Source of the DNA: Octopus sinensis
Taxonomy: Eukaryota
DNA: 64,000 bases
Assembly (NCBI RefSeq): GCF_006345805.1
Contig: NC_043001.1
Location: forward strand, 99,200,001-99,264,000
Direction of reading: 5' to 3'
Shown here: piece by piece, positions 39,046 to 53,038 of the stretch
How the letters are laid out: each line of letters starts with the position of its first letter
Position numbering within the stretch: the stretch's first letter is position 1
The notes under the pieces: generated by a model
What the model saw: the letters and a program-made list of their open reading frames with translations, nothing else
Databases searched by the model: none
What the model was told of the DNA's origin: nothing
Position numbers and translations under genes: made by a program

Positions 39046-40677
39046 GGTATGAAGTTCTCTCTGTTCTAAAATTAGCAAGTAGTGAGAATGATTCCAGTTT
39101 TTCTGCCCATTCGGAGATAATATTTGAGGTATAACTACAGGTTGCAAAGCAACACTAAATGTTTTTTGCCTTTAAAAAAAGTATACCTAACATTTAAAAT
39201 CCCAAATACTATGAACTAATAATAATAATAATAATAATAATAATTGTGTACAACTCATCTAAAGTCTATATATAATCAGGTGTAGTTTCGGCGGATTTCG
39301 GAAAGCATGAGGGCCTTAAAGGATGCAGTGTCATGTGTGTGTGGTGTGTGTGTGTGTGCACGCGCGCATGTGTCTATCTGTATGTGTGTCCATGTACGTG
39401 AGTGTGCATATATATGTATATACATATACACACATAATACACACATGCATACATATATACATGCATACATCTGTATAGACAGATTGATAGATACAGACAT
39501 ACACACATAACATACATTTACATTACATACACATAAACGCATGTAAATATGGTTGTTTGTGTGTCATGTCACACTTAGTAACATGTAACTGATAACATGT
39601 AACTTAGTACAACCTTTTGTGTGGTTAGATTGCAAGCAACTAAACCAGCAATCTTACTAAGCCTGCACAGCAAGGAAGGTGGTTTTCATTGGACCCCCTA
39701 CTGGAGGAAAAATGAAACATCTCAAAGGGGAGATAAACTCAGTGGGGTCAATGGCCGTCCAACAGCTAGGGTGGGAGACCCTAATCTTTGTTAAGACATC
39801 TTTCTAGAAGAAAATTTTGAAATGAAACCCACCGCATTGTGAAATCAGAGAGTTTGCTCTTGCTTCTTTCTGGACCATTTGGCTTTGCAGGTGAGAGTCT
39901 TAGTAGTGTTGTGGTTAGGGTGTTGCAGTCATGATCTAGCAATCATGGGTTCAATTCCTGGACTGAGCAGAGCATTGTGTTCTTGAGCAAAACATTTCAA
40001 TTTCATATAGCACCAGTCCCCTCAGCTATAAATGGAGTAGCCTTCCAATCAAGAAGAATGTAGACTTGCTCACCTAGCCAGTGGGGTGGCCTCATTCAAA
40101 GGCTAAAACGACACAAAGCACATTGTGACAAGTGATGTATATCATCTGATGGTTTGAGTGCTCACGTGATATATGTGTGTATAAATGTGTGTGTATGTGT
40201 TTGTGCACATGTGTGTGTGCACATGTATGTGTGTGTATGCACAGGTATGTGTGCGTGCACATGTGTGTGTGCATGTGTGTATGTACTGTTGTACTTTGGG
40301 GATCATTTTACCTATAAAAACATGCACTCTCTGATAATATCTAATTATTTCGTTATTATCAGTCAACTAGTGTGTGTGTACATGTCAACTAGTGTGTGTG
40401 TGTACATGTCAACTAGTGTGTGTGTACATGTGATAAATACACACACACACACGCGTACACACACACTCAGGTGCCCACACACACATAAATTAACAATTTG
40501 TGAGAGAACAAATGAGGGAATGTCATCAACGAGGTCACCAATGGCAACTAAAAAATTCGGACACATTAACAGATTGACTAATCAAATTACTTAGTTAACC
40601 AGCCAACTGATAAAAGGAAGTGAAATGCAACCAGTGCATGTAATTCTATATGCAAACTGGCCTTCCCAACACTGGTT

Positions 40678-41432
40678 TCATTGCATCAAGGACCTTGTAA
40701 TAGAAATAACCAAATTATACATACATGCATGCATAGAAGCATACATAAATACATACATGCATGTGTAGATGCATGCATACATACATACATACATACATAC
40801 ATACATACATACATACATACATACATACATACATACATACATACATACATACATACATACATACATACATACATGTATGCATGCATGCAGGTATTCATAC
40901 ATACAAATGTATATGTGTTGTGTATGGTGTAAGAATTTAGAAACTTCAAGGGGAATGAAATAACTAATTTTGAATGGTGGAACTCAAAAGTAGTTAAAGG
41001 TATAATAGTGTATGAATTTTGGGTTAGAAAAGCCCTTGAATGGAGAAAAGCCCTTGAAAGTCAAAGATTGGCTTTTACTTTTAAAAACGATTTACATAAA
41101 CATACAGACACACATCATCATCATTGTCATCATCGTTTAACATCCACCTTCCAGGAGCTGGTCAGGCAAGAGCCTGCACCAAACTTCTGTGTCTGTTTTG
41201 GCAGGGTTTTTTTACAGCTAGATGTCCTTCCTAACAATAACTACCCAGCAGAGTGTACTGAGTGCTTTTTACATGGCACAAGCACAGGCAAAGTCACTTT
41301 TGGCAAGGTTTTTACAGCTGGATTCCCTCCCAAACACCAACCACTCTATAGTGTGGACTGAATGTTTTTTATGTGGCATCAGCACTGGCATGGTCACCAA
41401 GTAACTTGCAAGACAAAGATCCTTTGAGAAGA

Positions 41433-41466
<34 letters not shown>

Positions 41467-42462
41467 ACACACACACACGCATTGAGATCATAAAAAATTT
41501 ATAGACTTTCAAGAGAATATTAAATAATTGGTTTTTTTGTGGGGGACTATCTTGAAGCACAGTCATAAAGGCAGCCTTTAACTTTTTCAATCCCAAAAGT
41601 ATTTCAATTGATATTATTTATAGCTTTATGCCTATGCTTCAAGATATTCTCAAAAAAAGGCAAAAACAATTCACACACACATGCACACACACATACACAC
41701 ACACACACACACACACCACACACACACACACACACACATGTGCATACATATATGCATACACATACACATACTCACACACGTGCACGCACATACACACAAG
41801 GGTACACATATATATACTCACACACATGTTCACACATGCACACCTATGCATACACACACATGCACACACATACACGTATGCACACACATACACATATACA
41901 CACACACATGCACACACACACACACATGAGCACACACACACACACGCACGTACGTGTGTGGGTGTATCTCTGCATGTAAGTTTCTATATATGAGTTGAAA
42001 CCTGCTAGTAAATGTATGGAACATGTGAACCGTCTTCCTGAGAAGGGCACAAAACATTCCTCTTTTTTTGTGAGGCCAGTGTGGTCGTGTCTGCTTCTCA
42101 AAAACAGGCTTACTCAGCCACAAGCATGGTGAAGGAAACACCACCATCTACCAATGTGATATCCAGCCTTGTGTAGCAGAGTGTGGGTCAGCCAGTGGAC
42201 TTGCTTGACATTGTAGATCCCAACATTCTGATGGTAAGCTGTGGCTGGAGGATTGACTTGTGGTCGATGTGGAATGACTTGTAAGTCTCTTGCTTGCCTT
42301 AGGAGAGACATATGAAATGTTACGAGCAAGAGAGAGATGAAACTTGAGATGCTACTGAGAGTGAAACGGGTCAAGAAAGAGGTCCTACTCGGTCATGTGT
42401 TGACTTCAACCATGTATGTATATAAATACACACACACTCAGGTGCACACACACACACACGTG

Positions 42463-42521
<59 letters not shown>

Positions 42522-42650
42522 ATGTACACACACACTCAGGCGCATGCACACACACACACACACACTTACGTACCCACACACATACACAAGCATGCGCTTA
42601 CACACACAAACACATAAATATACATAAAACACACACACACATGTGTTAAG
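40678..42650. repeat. Microsatellite-rich tract: (CATA)n, (CA)n and degenerate CA/TA repeats
   Basis: Perfect (CATA)n at about 40770-40870 and long (CA)n-derived tracts at 41660-41940 and 42420-42640; these generate the H/T- and C/V-rich ORFs. Confidence 0.95.
42030..42340 (+). mobile_element. RTE-type LINE C-terminal remnant with CCHH zinc finger
   Basis: ttgacttgtggtcgatgtggaatgacttgtaagtct... reads LTCGRCGMTCKSLACLR.HMK (with a frameshift). Confidence 0.6.
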
Positions 42651-43581
42651 CATTTAAACTTGTGTTAAGCATTATGATACTATTTGCTAATTTTAACAAT
42701 TTTTTTTTTTTTGTATCCAAAATATTAAAACAGGTTTGACAGGTGAATATAATATAATTATACCCAACAATAAGATGAAATAAACAATAATAGAACAATA
42801 GAGTACACAGCAAACATGCAATAAAATCAGACTAACCAACACAGGCTGACATTATGAAGAATTAAGATAATTAATACATTTATAGAATTAATAGGACTAT
42901 TACTTCTGTTTAAGTCAATATTTAACATCTACAATGATGTTGTGTTAATTTTATAATTGTTAATTATATTTCTACCAAGGACAATAGAAGTCTGTCTGTT
43001 ATCTGAAATAATAACAGTGTTAGCAACTGTATAAAGAAGAATGTGTCTAGATGTTACTCAACTTATAATATGTGAATATATGTGAATGTATTTGTGAAGG
43101 TGCATAACCTAGTTATTAAGACATTGCACTCATGATTGCAAGATTGTGGTTTCAATTCTCAGACAAGTGATGCTTTTTATCCTTGAACAAACCACTTCAT
43201 TTTATGGTGCTCAAGTCCACTCAGCTGTAAATGGGTCACACTGTAACAGAGTAGCATAAAGTTCAATGGAAATATTGGTCTACTTGTCGAGCTAGAAGGG
43301 TTTCATCATTTGAAAGCTACAACAATGCAAGGAAATGCATTGTGATCAGTGGTATATAACAACACCTGATAGTCCGGTTGATACAGTAATACAGTGAAAT
43401 GAATGTATTCGGGCTGTGTGTGTAGGTTTGTGAGTGTATTTGACAGGGAGGGTAACACTTTGGAGCATTGTCTTAGCTAAATGGTTAAGAAGTTCCCTTT
43501 ATGATCATGAGATTCCAGATTTGATCCCCTCTATATTGTAGCACCCTAAGAAAATGTTTTCTGCCATATCTTAAAAGAAAA

Positions 43582-43652
43582 TCATTAATGGCAATGGATA
43601 AGGCATCTGACTTCGAATCAGAAGATTACGAGTTCGTGTTTCATTGTGGTCG
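43582..43652 (+). pseudogene. tRNA-Arg(UCG) pseudogene / tRNA-derived fragment
   Basis: aatggataaggcatctgacTTCGaatcagaagatt..gagttcg..tgtggtcg closely follows the metazoan tRNA-Arg-TCG sequence. Anticodon arm TCTGA/TCAGA is intact; 5' acceptor strand is lost and the T-stem is disrupted. Confidence 0.85.
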
Positions 43653-44224
43653 CAAATAATTTTTTAAAGGCGGTGCTCCAGCATGGCCACAGTCAAATGA
43701 CTGAAACAAGTAAAAGAGTAAAAGAGTCTGCATTAAATCTGCAGTTTCATTAGGATTGAGCTTATCCCAGTTTCTGAGATGTATAAGCAACTGAAATTCT
43801 AAGACTCTTTCCTGGATATGATGCCAGCCCATTGCAAAATTAAACCTCAGCTATTGGTACACGTTTTTAGCTAAATGAACTGGAGCAACATGTAATGAAG
43901 TGTCTTGCTCAAGAAAACAATATACCACCTAATCCAAGAATCAGACTTAAAACCTCACTATCATGAGAGCAAACCACTAACCACTAAGTTACACACTTCC
44001 ATCCTCTAGAGTTAATCTAAAACCTGTGAGTGAAATTAGAGACAAAAACTTCATTGAGACCTATCAATTTCACTGAACCCATAATTCAAAGGGTCAATCT
44101 TGTAACCCTTAACATTAGCATATTGATAAAACATCTCACATATGACTTCTGTATACAAATACACACACACATATAAATACATGTATGCACTCCACACACA
44201 CATACATCCAACGCATATATGAAA

Positions 44225-44815
44225 AGACTACATCTAAAAGTTGTTTCTTCTTCATTCACTTTTGTTGGATGCAGCCTTAACCAGGTGTAACTGATGTGAT
44301 CAGATGGTGTAAGTATCCAATGGTTACTTGTTTCAACCTTGAACTGTAACACCCTCCAATAGGCAGACCAACAGCAGTGGCCAAATCACTGCCCTCCTCC
44401 CCTTATTCATCCAACTTAGCTCCTCTCTCTTATTCCATAAACAGCCAAGAGGTGCTTTCTGCTGCCTCTTTCATTCTACAAGGAGCTAACTTTCTCTCTC
44501 TTCTTCTTATTCCGATGGCTGTAAGAATCCGCTGTACTGGCAAGGCAGGATAACCTCTACAGCTAACCATGAGTGGGAATAACTATCCCTGCAATCCTGC
44601 AAAACTCCTGTGGGACAGTAAGTTTGATTGGGATTATCTTCTTTGCTTTCTTAGACCACAAAACTATATCTGACCCCAGGATCATCTGAACAATCTGGAG
44701 ACCTACAACCTCTCTCTTAGGTCCACTATCTTACCCTATGATTAGGTCTTTATAGCCTGCTTGCTCTAGTTGTGTTAGATGGTTTTTCTCCTTCCATCAT
44801 AAACTCGACTGATGC
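44225..44815 (-). mobile_element. HERO-like (REL) non-LTR retrotransposon 3' end
   Basis: Minus frame GSDIVLWSKKAKKIIPIKLTVPQE (44605-44676; cf. RPDIVLWS...IELTVPWE), then AVEV and EAAESTSWL, followed by a 3' UTR-like stretch. Confidence 0.75.
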
Positions 44816-47342
44816 TCTTGGTTTATTCTGTGGTTAGCACTTCTTATTTCTTTATTGCACACAAGGGGCTAAACATAGAGGAGACAAACAAGGACAGACA
44901 AAGGGATTTAGTCGATTACATCGACCCCAGAACGTAACTGGTATTTAATTTATCAACCCCGAAAGGATGAAAGGCAAAGTCAACCTTGGCGGAATTTGAA
45001 CTCAGAACGTAAAGACAGACAAAATACCACTAAGCATTTCACCCGGAGTGCTAACATTTCTGCCAGCTCGCTGCCTTAAGTGGTTAGAAATACACAAGAA
45101 GTGGTTAGCACATTTTGTGTATTTCTTGCTCCACAGTGGGAACAAATGTCATAAGCACCTAGTCATGTAACTCTATTGAGTAATTGTGTTTTTACATCCA
45201 AATAAAATGTGCTCCATGGTGCCTCTTTCTATAAAGTCTTTACAGTTAGCCCTTCTTCATGCCTCACCTGTGCAGATTAATGCACATCAAATCAATGTCA
45301 CCTGAACAGGTGCATGGCGTACAACTCACAAGGTGTTGAAATGATTGCAGAGCAACATGAGATGAAGTGTTTTTCTCAAGAACACAATGCACAATTGTTC
45401 AGGAAGTGAAACCATGATCTTGCAAATCATGAATGCAACACCCTAACCACTAGGCCATGTGCCTTCATATACACACACACCTACGCATGCACACACACAG
45501 ACACACACACACAGACACACACACATACACACATACACACAGACACACACACACACACACCACACACACACACACACACATACATACATAGCATATGATG
45601 GGCTTCCACAAAGTTGAATAATAGGTTTCTGTTTATTCATTTTTTTGTGCTTTGTCTTTTGTGGGGGTTTTTGCGGGGTGGGTGGGGTTCAGCTGAATTT
45701 GTCTGGTATCGATTTAACTTGTGTTTCAATTGTGTGTTTACAAATGGTAGCCAGTCAATGACTAACGTCAGGATTTGCCATATATAGAGCATAATGTTTA
45801 GCCAAGAACAATAACACTGAGATAATAAATTTAGTATCATTTACTCAGGTATTTCTGGATTCTTTCATTGTTAGTTCAGTGATGTTTATAAAATTTTCCA
45901 TGGCTGTGCGGTTAAGAAGGGACTGAACCTGAGAAGAAGAGACATTAGGTAAGGCTCCTCTACTATGGCCCCAGGCCATCCAATGTCTTGTGAGTGAATT
46001 TATAGTTGAAAACTGTTTGGAAACCCATCATGCATGCACGCGTGCGCGTGTGTGTGTGTTTTGTATGTATGTGTGTACATGAATATGTATGTATATATGT
46101 GTGTGTCTCTGTGTTTGTCCACCCACCCACCAACTATCACTTGACAACCAGTGTTGGTTTGTTTGTGTCCCCAGAACTTAGGAGCTCTTAACAAAAACGT
46201 CTTATAGAATAAGCACCAGGCTTAAAAATAAAATAAGTACTAGGGTTGATTTTTCTTTTTACTAAACCCATTAAGGCAGTGCCCCGGCATAGCTGCAGTT
46301 ATATGACTGAGACAAGTGGAAGATAATAAGAAAAATTAAAGATAACTGTAAAGAAGTGATGTCCATTATTATTCACTTCAATGTCAGTTTGCTCTGTATG
46401 ACAATCATATTCTTTAACAATTCCATGTGAGTTACAGCTGCTTCACCAGATGCACCTCTGTCATTGGCAGATGTGTGCAGCATTATCTGTTGGTTGTGTG
46501 AAATTGTGTTTGGATGCTACATTGATTTCTCTTTGTTGCCGATTTTTGCTTTTTTCTTTTTCTTTTTTTTTGTTGTCTTTTCTAGTTTTACTATATTTTT
46601 TAATGTTTCACCTATTTATTGTGTAGAATATGTGCAAGGAGAGTTGTGCTTCTTTGTTGGCTGATGTTTGTGTTTCACATGTGTTGTGTGATGTTATTGA
46701 ATGAATGGAGCTTTGTGGAAAGTAAAGATGAAAGATGATATTATCATTAAGAGATGCAGCACAAAGTTTTGTCAGTGAATAGGTCGCGGTCTCAAAGCGA
46801 CGAAAATATTTTGACAAATTAAATTTAAATGTTGAAGTGAATCTAACGGTTTTTGTGTTTCTTAAATGGCTTATAAACACCTTCCACACTGTGATATTAA
46901 TATTGTTGTCATTAAAGTAGTGAGAAGGCAAAATCATTTGCACATCAAACAAAATGCTTGGCAGCGTTCGTTCCAACTCTTTACGTTCTGAGTTCAAATT
47001 CCATCAAAGTTGACTTTACTTTTCCATCCTTTCAATGTAAATAAAATAAAATACCAATCAAGTACTGGGTTAATGCAATCAACTTATCCTACACCTAAAA
47101 TTGCTAGCCTTATGTCAAAATTTGAAAGAATAATTATCATTGTTGTTGTTATTGTTACTACTACTACTACTACTATTTTCTGAGTTCAAATCTTGCATTC
47201 GTCAACTTTACCTTTCATCCTCTTAGGTCTGATAAAACAGAGTAGTTGAAGACTGGGGTCAATATAGTTGACTTACCCTCCTTACCTCCAAATTGTTAGC
47301 TTTATGCCTAAATCAAAAACAGAATTATTATCATCATCATCA

Positions 47343-47400
<58 letters not shown>

Positions 47401-47480
47401 CTGGTTAATTCTGTGAGAGCAGACAGCATCCTGTTGTCAAAGATCTCACAGGGTCTTTTCCCACAAATTATTATTATTAT

Positions 47481-47858
47481 TACCTCTGCCTTAGCAAAGG
47501 CGGAGGTATTGTTTTCAGTCATGTTTGTTTGTTTGCTTGTTTGTTTGTCCGTGGACAAGATATCTCAAGAATTGCTGGACGGATTCGGATGAAACTTTCA
47601 GGGATGTTTGGCCCTGTAACTGGCACAAACTGATTAGATTTTTGGGATTGATCCGGTACCGGACAAGCGTTCTGGATTATTTTTCCTGTTTTTTTTTTTT
47701 TATTTTTGAGAGCAGTCGAGTTCATTTTCAGTATTCTTGTTTGTGAGAGCAGTTGAGTATATATCAGATATTCTCATTTTAAAAATCATCTCTGGCTAAT
47801 TGTTGAGAGGATGTTGGTGTTGCCTTGGCAGAAGTTTGCGCTCTCTGAGTGCTCTTGT
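47481..47858 (+). mobile_element. Helentron-associated non-autonomous element (HINE/DINE-like)
   Basis: 5' hairpin cctctgcc-ttagcaaa-ggcggagg, internal (TTTG)n, 3' ccttggcagaag subterminal inverted repeat and gcgctctctgagtgc stem-loop; flanked by ATT-rich repeats. Confidence 0.65.
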
Positions 47859-48188
47859 ATTTATTATCATCATCATCATCATCATAATTATTGTTTTCAA
47901 TATTGTTAGTTGCTTTGTTTTGTATGAGCTGTTCCAAGTCTTTTCAGAGATGTCAATGAACAGTAAGTTGGACCTTTTACTATGGGTGTTATTTATGAGT
48001 AGCAATGATATATTGCAAGGAAAGGAGACCAAATACTGAGAATTAAGATTTCATCAAAAGTTTGTTGTAATATTTATAGTAATATGGGTGATTTTAAAAG
48101 ATTTTAAAAGATTCAGATATTTCAAGTTGACAGTGGTTTCCTTTGGACATGAGCTGTACCTATGTGAACACTATATTGTGATTCTGAT

Positions 48189-51100
48189 TAGGCCTTGAAA
48201 CTGGTTTTATAAAACCGGTTAAAACCGGTTTTATATTATGATCAGTAAAACCGAAACAGATTTGCCAAAACCGATTTTAATGCTTGTTGTTTCTATTTTT
48301 TTTTTTCGCAAAACATCTCTCCATTTTTTTCTTTTGAAGAAACATCGTTGAAACTGAACTAACTGAACTGTTGTCAGTCGCCTTTAGTTGAGAGTGCTGT
48401 CTGTTTCATTGAAACATATCACAAGATATCAATTCTCACCTTCTCTCCTCTTGAATCTTAGATCAGCACCTTGTCATTTCTTTCACTAACCCCTGGCTGA
48501 CTCTTTGAATTTGGAAGTAACAGAGTTTATTCATAGCAAGTCAAGGGGATGCTGTTAGTCTTCAGTCAGGTGATCTTTCATGTTAAGCATATGTAATAAC
48601 CAGTTCCAGATTCATTTCAAGGAAGTAACACTAACTAAATTTTTTTCTTAATTATTTTCATTAGCCCTAGCATGATAAAAAGAAAATCAACTGTTTGGAA
48701 TTTTTTCGATAGGAAAAACAAAGATGAAGCTCAATGCAATAAGTGTGATAAGATCACAAAGTCTTCTGGAGGATCTACTATGTCTCTGATCTTGCGCTTG
48801 AAGAAAATTCATCAAATCGACATAAATCAAGATGCAAACCAGCCTCCTGTGAAAATGACAAGAACAATGGAACACTTTTTAACAAAGAAATCAATGGAAG
48901 AAGTTTCAAAATTAGCTGCTATGGATGGATTCTCTTTCAATTCAATTGCCAAAAGCGATTTTATACAGAGAAATCTTCAAAGTCAGAGAGGCAAATATGA
49001 TAAATTACAACCACCATCTGCAAACGGAGTCAGGAATATGGTAATGAATTATTACATAACCAAGAAAGAAGAACTTATTCATTATTTCAAGAAAGAAGTA
49101 GCGCTGGGGATTCGCTACTCATTGACATTGGATGAAAATACATCAATTCAAAATAAACGATATATGAACATAAATGTTCATGGGAAAGACAATAATTGGT
49201 CGTTGGGTCTTATTGAGATCCATGGCTCCCTTAATAGCAAGAGAACAGAGCAATTTGTGAGAGGACATCTTCGTGAATTTGGATTGAACTTGGATATACA
49301 CATTGTTGGCTGTACGACAGATGGTGCTTCTCTGATGGTGAAATTCGGAAAAGAAATAAGACCTGATCACCAACAATGTCTCACACATTGCATACATCTG
49401 TCTGTGAGTAACATTCTCTATCAAAAAAATATTGAAAATATTGCCTCAACCGATGAGACTGATAAAAAAAGTGAAGAGATCGCTATAACAGATGATAGTG
49501 ATGATGAAGCTGACATAAGCCAACAAGACACTTTTTTAAACAGACTTGGCTCACGAAAATGCTTGTTTTCCCCAGCTAAAACCTGAATTTAATAAAGTTT
49601 TAAATAAGGTAAGAAAAATTTCAAAACTTTTCCGTAAATCTCCTACAAAAAATGAAATTTTGCAAGATTTTGTACAAGTGAACTTTCAAAACAGAGAATA
49701 TAAACTTATGCTGGATTGCAGAACCAGCACATTCCATATGATTGAGAGATTTTTGAAATTGAAAAGCTGCATTCCAAATGCTCTATGAGCAGTACTTTCC
49801 ACAGATGCCATAGCTGACGAAGAATGGAAATCTCTCGATTTACTATATGAAATTCTGCATCCAGTAGAATTTATTTTGAAGGCTAATTGCAATGATGATA
49901 CGGATTTACTGAAAGCAGAATATTCTGTAGATTTTTTATTGAATAAACTTAATAGCGTTGGCAACCCTTTGGCTCTAAATTTTTGTGAAAAACTTATGCA
50001 TAGATATAATAAGAGAAGAAATGTCAAAACCTTGACTCTCTTGAGGTATTTACATAAGCTAAGGAAGTTTAATGGTGAATCAATCTGTGGACCTTTTCTT
50101 TTTTAATGAAACAACATTTAAGGAAGTATGCTAAACAAACTTATAGGAGATTATTTCCTGAACATGACGCTGAGAACACAACAGAATTATACGAAGAAAA
50201 TTAAATAGGAGGGAACCTAAAAACAAGTGTTACTGTTGTCCCATCTACTTACGAAGGTAATGAACTTGTAGCGTACCCTTAGTGAAATTCATCCTATCTG
50301 ACATATATAACATAAATACAGATGTAGCAGATAATAGCTAATCTTCGGCCGCTTGAGCGTTGTTGTGTCCACTACCCTGATTGGTTGGTTTTGGCATGAT
50401 TTGTTTCTTGCTGTATTACACGCCACTGTGCAACCCAACCAATTGCAACCTTCTGATAAGGTCCCATGACACAGTCTTCTAAATTCTCTGCTGGAGCCTA
50501 TAATTTGCTATAAATGCTTCAGTGATTCACCCTATCTTGTCTTTGGCTCTAGGCCTTCTAAGGTCTAGTCACTGACCACAGAGCGACTCAGCCAGTTCCA
50601 ACGACAGCCTGTTCCAGACAGCGACAGACAACACTAGCAGTATTTCAGGACCTCCATCTCCGTTGTCGTCACCTTAACATCGCCTCCACCACTGTCGCTT
50701 TCAGCTTATCAACACCAACAACTTATCGCACATACACAGCCATTCGCTTAGGTTTAACTTCTCACTGTTTGTGAATACTTCACCATGGTTAACAGTAAGC
50801 TCAACCTGCGAGAATTTCCTGTATCAAGTAACCCGGCACAGCATAGTAGCTACAACCTCTACACGACACGTGTAGTAACTGGTTCTGCCATGTGACCTCA
50901 ACTTCTTGTACAGAACTCCAACTATTGTGTATCTTACTATGAACTGGTATCTATCTTCATCTTGTGTCTGAACATTCATCTAGCATCCTATTGTAACCAC
51001 TTTCTATGCTCTGTATTTTATCTCACACTTCATTGTGTCTGAACTTCTAACGTCCTGTTATAGACTTTCTATGCTCTGTATTTTATCTCACATGCATACA

Positions 51101-52003
51101 CCCTTGTTTGTACACACCTACACATTATGTATGCTTGACGGCCTGTCTATTATTATTGTTCTTATGTACTTATGACACACTCACATGTACACACACTCTG
51201 CTACCCACATGATAACATCTAAATAGAACCTTTCTCTTAAACATTCTCCGGTTGTGTCATCTTCTTATTCCTTTCTAGCACTCTTATTCATTTATCCATA
51301 TTTTGGCTTTTATTGTAAGGTGACTGTGTGGTGTTTAAAGGAGTCATTCATTCGTTACCTCTCCTTTTCACACAGTTGTTCTACAAATTCATGCGTGAAT
51401 ACACAAGCGCAATGAAGAAAATGAATGAAAAGCCCAACATAGTAATAGATGGATTTGAAATCTCTAAAGAATTTGAATATTTTGAAGCAACTTCGAACAG
51501 AAGTGAAAAGCTCAAGAAACTTTATAGAGCATTGCTTATAACTAAAGCAACTAGAGTCCAGTCGGAAAGAGCTTTTTCAATTACTGGACTTTTCAATACA
51601 AAAACTAGGACGAATTTGTCAGGTAAAACACTGAATGCATTGTGTTTTTTAAAAGATTATTTTTGAAGGAAAGTGAATCATGAAGCAAGTCAAGAAACTT
51701 GATTGATTCTCAAAAATACGACTTGGAAAAACGTTGCATTCCTGATTAAATAAATATAATACCATTATTTTTTGTTATTGTTTGTACATAGATACAGATA
51801 CAGGCACCATCAACATATTTGTGGATATCAGTCAACCTGTTACTATCTCTCTTTCTCTGTGTATGTATATAAACAAAATACAATATACGACAAACTTCTT
51901 CGTTACAGGGACACCGCTCTAACTCCACAAAAAACGGTTTTTAACCAGCTTTGAGAATTATTTATACTTGTTTTGGGGAATTATCGGTTTTTTGTGTGCC
52001 CTA
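48189..52003 (+). mobile_element. hAT DNA transposon (BED finger + DDE transposase), inactivated and interrupted
   Basis: Ends TAGG.../...CCTA; TSD attctgat (48181-48188) / gttctgat (52004-52011); subterminal AAAACCG repeats. BED finger (VWNFF..AQCNKC..GGST), LTLDENTS, TTDGAS, CLTHCIH and C-terminal QSERAFS; frameshifts and stops. Confidence 0.95.
50228..51403 (+). mobile_element. Solo LTR inserted in the hAT transposase
   Basis: TGTTAC...AATACA with 4-bp TSD CAAG (50224-50227 / 51404-51407); removing it restores the frame GNLKTSAMKKMNEKP. Homologous to 60430-61176(-). Confidence 0.85.
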
Positions 52004-52974
52004 GTTCTGATACATTTGGGTTTCCTGATATATGACCATAATATTTAAGAGTACCATTTGGTATCATCTCCCAAAACTCTAAAGTTCATAGGTACAGTAA
52101 TTGTTCTTAGATGCTACATTCCCAACACCTCTGTTTCAAAGGTTTTGCATTTGCTCAAATTTTCAAATATTTTCACAGAAGTGTCACAGAATGCTGGGAT
52201 TAACATGTCTATGAGCACATTTTATCAATGTGATTTTTCACTCCAGCATCTAGTCTACTGGATTGAATAGCACAATCAGTTTGAATTCTAAAGTCCCAAA
52301 GAATGGTGATATCTTATTTTCTACCACTTTGGTATGTTTATATTCCCACTATTTCTTCTCGTTGTAATTATTGTTTATGTTCTGAGTTCAAATTCTGTGA
52401 AAGTTGACTTTGCTATTCATTCTTTTGGGGGTTGGGGGCATGGTCAATTAAATAAGTGCCAGTTGAGCACTGGTGTCAATGTAATTGACTAGTCCCCTAC
52501 CCCAAATTTCAGGCCTTGGACCTATAGTAGAAAAGGTCATCATCACTGTCATCATCATCATCACTATCATCGTCGTTATCATCATCGTTGTCACCATCAT
52601 CATTGTCATCATCATTATCAATATCATTACAACCACCACCACCACCACACCATCATCATCATTATAATCACTGTCGTTGTTGTCATCGTCTCATCACTAT
52701 TACAAAGTAGACTGGATGGTTATAGCTGGAATGTCTTTAATCACAGCTCTGTTTGATCAGAGCTGACCTGAAGCTAAGCAACAACAACAACAGCAGTAAA
52801 TCAAGATTGCAATGCCTAGTGTTTGTAGTAATTCTAAGGGTTTTAGTTACGTGTTATTATTGCGTAGGGAGAGTGGAATGCAAGGCTGTTTCTTTATTAT
52901 GAAATAATTGTCTTCTGTACAGTTGAAGCTTGTCATGTCTCCATCAGACGTTTTTGAGGGTTCTGATCATGTAA

Positions 52975-53038
<64 letters not shown>

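Noticed and set aside
39850-39896. Polypyrimidine-CAG|GTGAG recursive splice site
   Set aside because: It is downstream of the FDXR stop and poly(A) signal, and no enclosing + strand intron is known.
41608-42653. Long His/Thr- or Cys/Val-rich ORFs
   Set aside because: Translations of (CA)n/(TG)n microsatellites; the same applies to the I/Y-rich ORFs at (AT)n tracts.
44086-44352. Minus ORF MLQFKVETSNHW... as a host exon
   Set aside because: It lies in the 3' UTR of the HERO-like element and runs into a microsatellite.
48672-49586. Domesticated ZBED-type host gene
   Set aside because: Flanked by transposon ends and a TSD; frameshifted, lacks the RW motif and is interrupted by an LTR.
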